A model generated the notes under the pieces. The model was not told where the DNA came from and searched no databases. It worked only from the letters and a program-made list of their open reading frames with translations. A program made the translations under genes and the position numbers. Positions 61,707-64,000 of a stretch of 64,000 nt of DNA are shown here, piece by piece; the first letter of the stretch is position 1; every line of letters starts with the position of its first letter. This stretch comes from Bradymonadia bacterium (GTDB lineage Bacteria > Myxococcota_A > Bradymonadia > UBA7976 > UBA1532): the NCBI GenBank assembly GCA_046290225.1, contig JBKAGE010000035.1, positions 1-64,000 of the forward strand. Direction: 5' to 3'.

Positions 61707-62867
61707 TCAGTAACCCGCCTCTGCGAGCTCCGCCGCCATCGTGCGGTAGAAGCGCACTGCGTCGAAGCCGGTGTCGGCGTCAGCCCCTTCGTTCTTGACC
61801 TGGCCCACCTCGTCGAGGTGATCAGCGGGGATGCAGCCTCGGAAGGCGCCCCACTTGGCACTTTCCACGGTGACCATGCCATCGTTGGGGGTCAGATCGA
61901 AGCCACCGGCGGTGATACCCGCCAGCGGGGCCAGCGTGACGTGCATGCGATCAGAGGTGCCCTTGTGGCGCAGATCGAGATCGCCACAGGCCTCCGCCTC
62001 GCGGCGGGTGTTGGGCAGGCCCAGCACGCTCGAGACCCCGGCCCAGCTCTGATACATCACCCGATCGTCGTCGGCGTGCTCTGCGTTGAAGGCCGCCACG
62101 CCCTCAGTGCTGATGGCGTAGAGCGCCGCCCGAAGATCAGCATCCTCGGAGACCTCGCTGTAGGTACGGCCCCAGAGGGCTGCAAGAGCGTTGAGCTTGC
62201 GATCGAAGACGTCGGGCAGCACCTTCAGGGCGAAGTCGGCCACCGCGGAGCCCTGGTGGGGGCTGGAGATGGTGGTGAGCGTGGCCACCCGGTCGCCGTA
62301 GCCCAGGGCGCTGATCACATAGCGCCCGTCGAGGCCACCCATAGAATGGGCGATGAGGTTCACCTTCTCGGCGCCGGTCTCTTCGAGCACGGCGTCGATG
62401 TAAGGAGCAAGGTGAGCCGCCCGGGTCTCGATGCTGTGATAGGGCGGCACCTCGGCGATGTAGACCGCGTGGCCATCGGCGGCGAGGGCCTCGGGCACCA
62501 GGTAGAAGCCCCAGCGGTTCGAGGGGCTGGCGTCGAAGCCATGGGCCAGCACGATGGGGTAATGGGTTGCCTTGATGTCTGCCGGAGGCTCGAAGAGAGG
62601 CTCGGCGTCGCAATCGGTGTCGTGATCCCAGCAGTACCAGTCACACGAGCCGTCGCCGTACCAGCCCCACCAGTCACAGGGGTCCACCGACCAGTCGGCC
62701 TTGCCGTTGATCGTCGAGTCGGCGGCCTCGGCCTTGGTCGAGGGCAAGCCCTGGGGCGCCTCTGATGCGCCGGGCTGCTCCGGGGCGTCGGTGTCGTTTT
62801 CAGTGCCGCAGGCCACAAGAGCCGTGGTCAGGCAGAGCACACCCGTAACGCGGGCCAGAACATGCAT
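61707..62867 (-). CDS. Triacylglycerol lipase-like alpha/beta hydrolase lipoprotein
   Basis: Lipobox LVAC; YPIVLAHG, AHSMGG, SSPHQGS, NDGMV..SAKWG, DHLDEVG. Confidence 0.9.
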   Translation of the reverse strand: MHVLARVTGVLCLTTALVACGTENDTDAPEQPGASEAPQGLPSTKAEAADSTINGKADWSVDPCDWWGWYGDGSCDWYCWDHDTDCDAEPLFEPPADIKATHYPIVLAHGFDASPSNRWGFYLVPEALAADGHAVYIAEVPPYHSIETRAAHLAPYIDAVLEETGAEKVNLIAHSMGGLDGRYVISALGYGDRVATLTTISSPHQGSAVADFALKVLPDVFDRKLNALAALWGRTYSEVSEDADLRAALYAISTEGVAAFNAEHADDDRVMYQSWAGVSSVLGLPNTRREAEACGDLDLRHKGTSDRMHVTLAPLAGITAGGFDLTPNDGMVTVESAKWGAFRGCIPADHLDEVGQVKNEGADADTGFDAVRFYRTMAAELAEAGY

Positions 62868-62945
62868 CGTTCACCTCCGTGAATGGTGAACTGAGCATAT
62901 GAGCAAATCACAGGCCAGACTTCGAAATGTACATGTAGGCTGATT

Positions 62946-64000
62946 TCAGGGCATCGGAGGGGGCATGACGACCTCTCCAGTGGTCACTGGATCAGCCACC
63001 GCCTCAGCGAGCACCCTGTGTATCGCGGCCTGGAAGGCTGCGACGTCGAGGCTGGGCGTCTCGTGACACCACGAGAAGCGCATCGCGCCATCGGCCACCT
63101 CGGGGGCGACCCCCATGGCCAGCAGCGCCGGGCTGGTCTGTGGTTGCCCTGCGCTGCAGGCCGGCCCTGCGGAGATGGACACCACAGGGGAGAGCAGCTC
63201 CACCGCCAGAGGGGCATCGAGATGGGGAAAGGCCACCGTGCGCACGTGAGGTACGCGGTACTGCCCATCACCGAAGACCACCGGCTGGAAGGGTGCCATC
63301 GCCTCATCGAACCGCACACCCCAAGCCCGAGACATCACCGAGCGATCAGCCGACTCGGAGACCACCAGCTCCACGGCGTGACCCATGGCGGCCACGAGGG
63401 CCACCGGTGGGGTCCCTGAGCGAAATCCCCCCTCCTGCCCACCGCCATACGTGCGCGGCGCCAGGATCTGCGGGTGCGTCGCCCGACCTTTGATGATCAG
63501 GGCGCCGACGCCTTGGGGGCCGTACATCTTGTGGGCGCTGAGGCTGACGAGATCGACCGCCGGGTGAGCCAGGGGACCATGATCGTGGGCGAACCCCTGA
63601 GCAGCATCGACATGGAAGATCAGCTGTCGATCAGCGACGGCCTCGGCGATGGCTTCGATGGGCTGGATGATCCCCGTCTCACCTTGCACGTGTACCACCG
63701 AGATCAGGCACGTGTCGGGTCGCACCCGGGCAGCGATCTCTGCCGGGTCGACCCGACCAGAGGGACCCACTGGGACCGTCTCGACGTCATACCCCGCCCA
63801 GGAGAGGTACTGCAGCGGCGCCTTCACCGAGCTGTGCTCGAGGGGGGTGGTCAGGATGTGAGAGCGGGTACGCCCTGATACACCACCGGCTACGCCGAAG
63901 AGCGCCATGTTGTTGCTCTCGGTGGCCCCGCTCGTGAAGACCACCCCATCAGGAGGACAGCCCACTGCGGCGGCGAGGGTGGCCCGAGCCTGCTCGATGG
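62946..64000 (-). CDS. Group I cysteine desulfurase (IscS/NifS/DndA-like), 5' end beyond the window
   Basis: FTSGATESNN, EH, HVDAAQ, SAHKMYGPQG, GGGQE..RSGT, catalytic loop SAGPACS. Confidence 0.9.
   Translation of the reverse strand, partial: IEQARATLAAAVGCPPDGVVFTSGATESNNMALFGVAGGVSGRTRSHILTTPLEHSSVKAPLQYLSWAGYDVETVPVGPSGRVDPAEIAARVRPDTCLISVVHVQGETGIIQPIEAIAEAVADRQLIFHVDAAQGFAHDHGPLAHPAVDLVSLSAHKMYGPQGVGALIIKGRATHPQILAPRTYGGGQEGGFRSGTPPVALVAAMGHAVELVVSESADRSVMSRAWGVRFDEAMAPFQPVVFGDGQYRVPHVRTVAFPHLDAPLAVELLSPVVSISAGPACSAGQPQTSPALLAMGVAPEVADGAMRFSWCHETPSLDVAAFQAAIHRVLAEAVADPVTTGEVVMPPPMP

Overview
GC-rich bacterial chromosome segment, most likely Myxococcota or a close relative (MYXO-CTERM-like tails, CxGxDDDCDG repeats, GKAD lipoprotein motif, AgmX/PglI-type C-terminal domains, S41 protease). 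It mixes housekeeping genes (mutY, tcdA, secA, ruvX-mltG, gshB, uppS-cdsA-rseP-tsaB) with many secreted or lipoprotein genes, a stand-alone Mrr and one TnpB-only IS200/IS605 element (39982-41313; predicted target motif TCAT). The main finding lies about 130 bp downstream of that element: a ~254-nt non-coding unit (41443-41696) with the full retron msr-msd architecture and short motifs I recall from myxobacterial msDNA-Mx162/Sa163. It has a promoter-like sequence upstream and an intrinsic terminator where the reverse transcriptase gene would normally start, and I see no RT ORF in the 64 kb, so it appears to be a solo retron ncRNA. Also present: two 159-bp covarying palindromic repeats plus a related longer hairpin, another multi-hairpin intergenic element, and several unusual domain fusions. 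All calls come from reading the sequence and ORF track by eye; no searches or folding programs were run, and several start codons were re-assigned manually.
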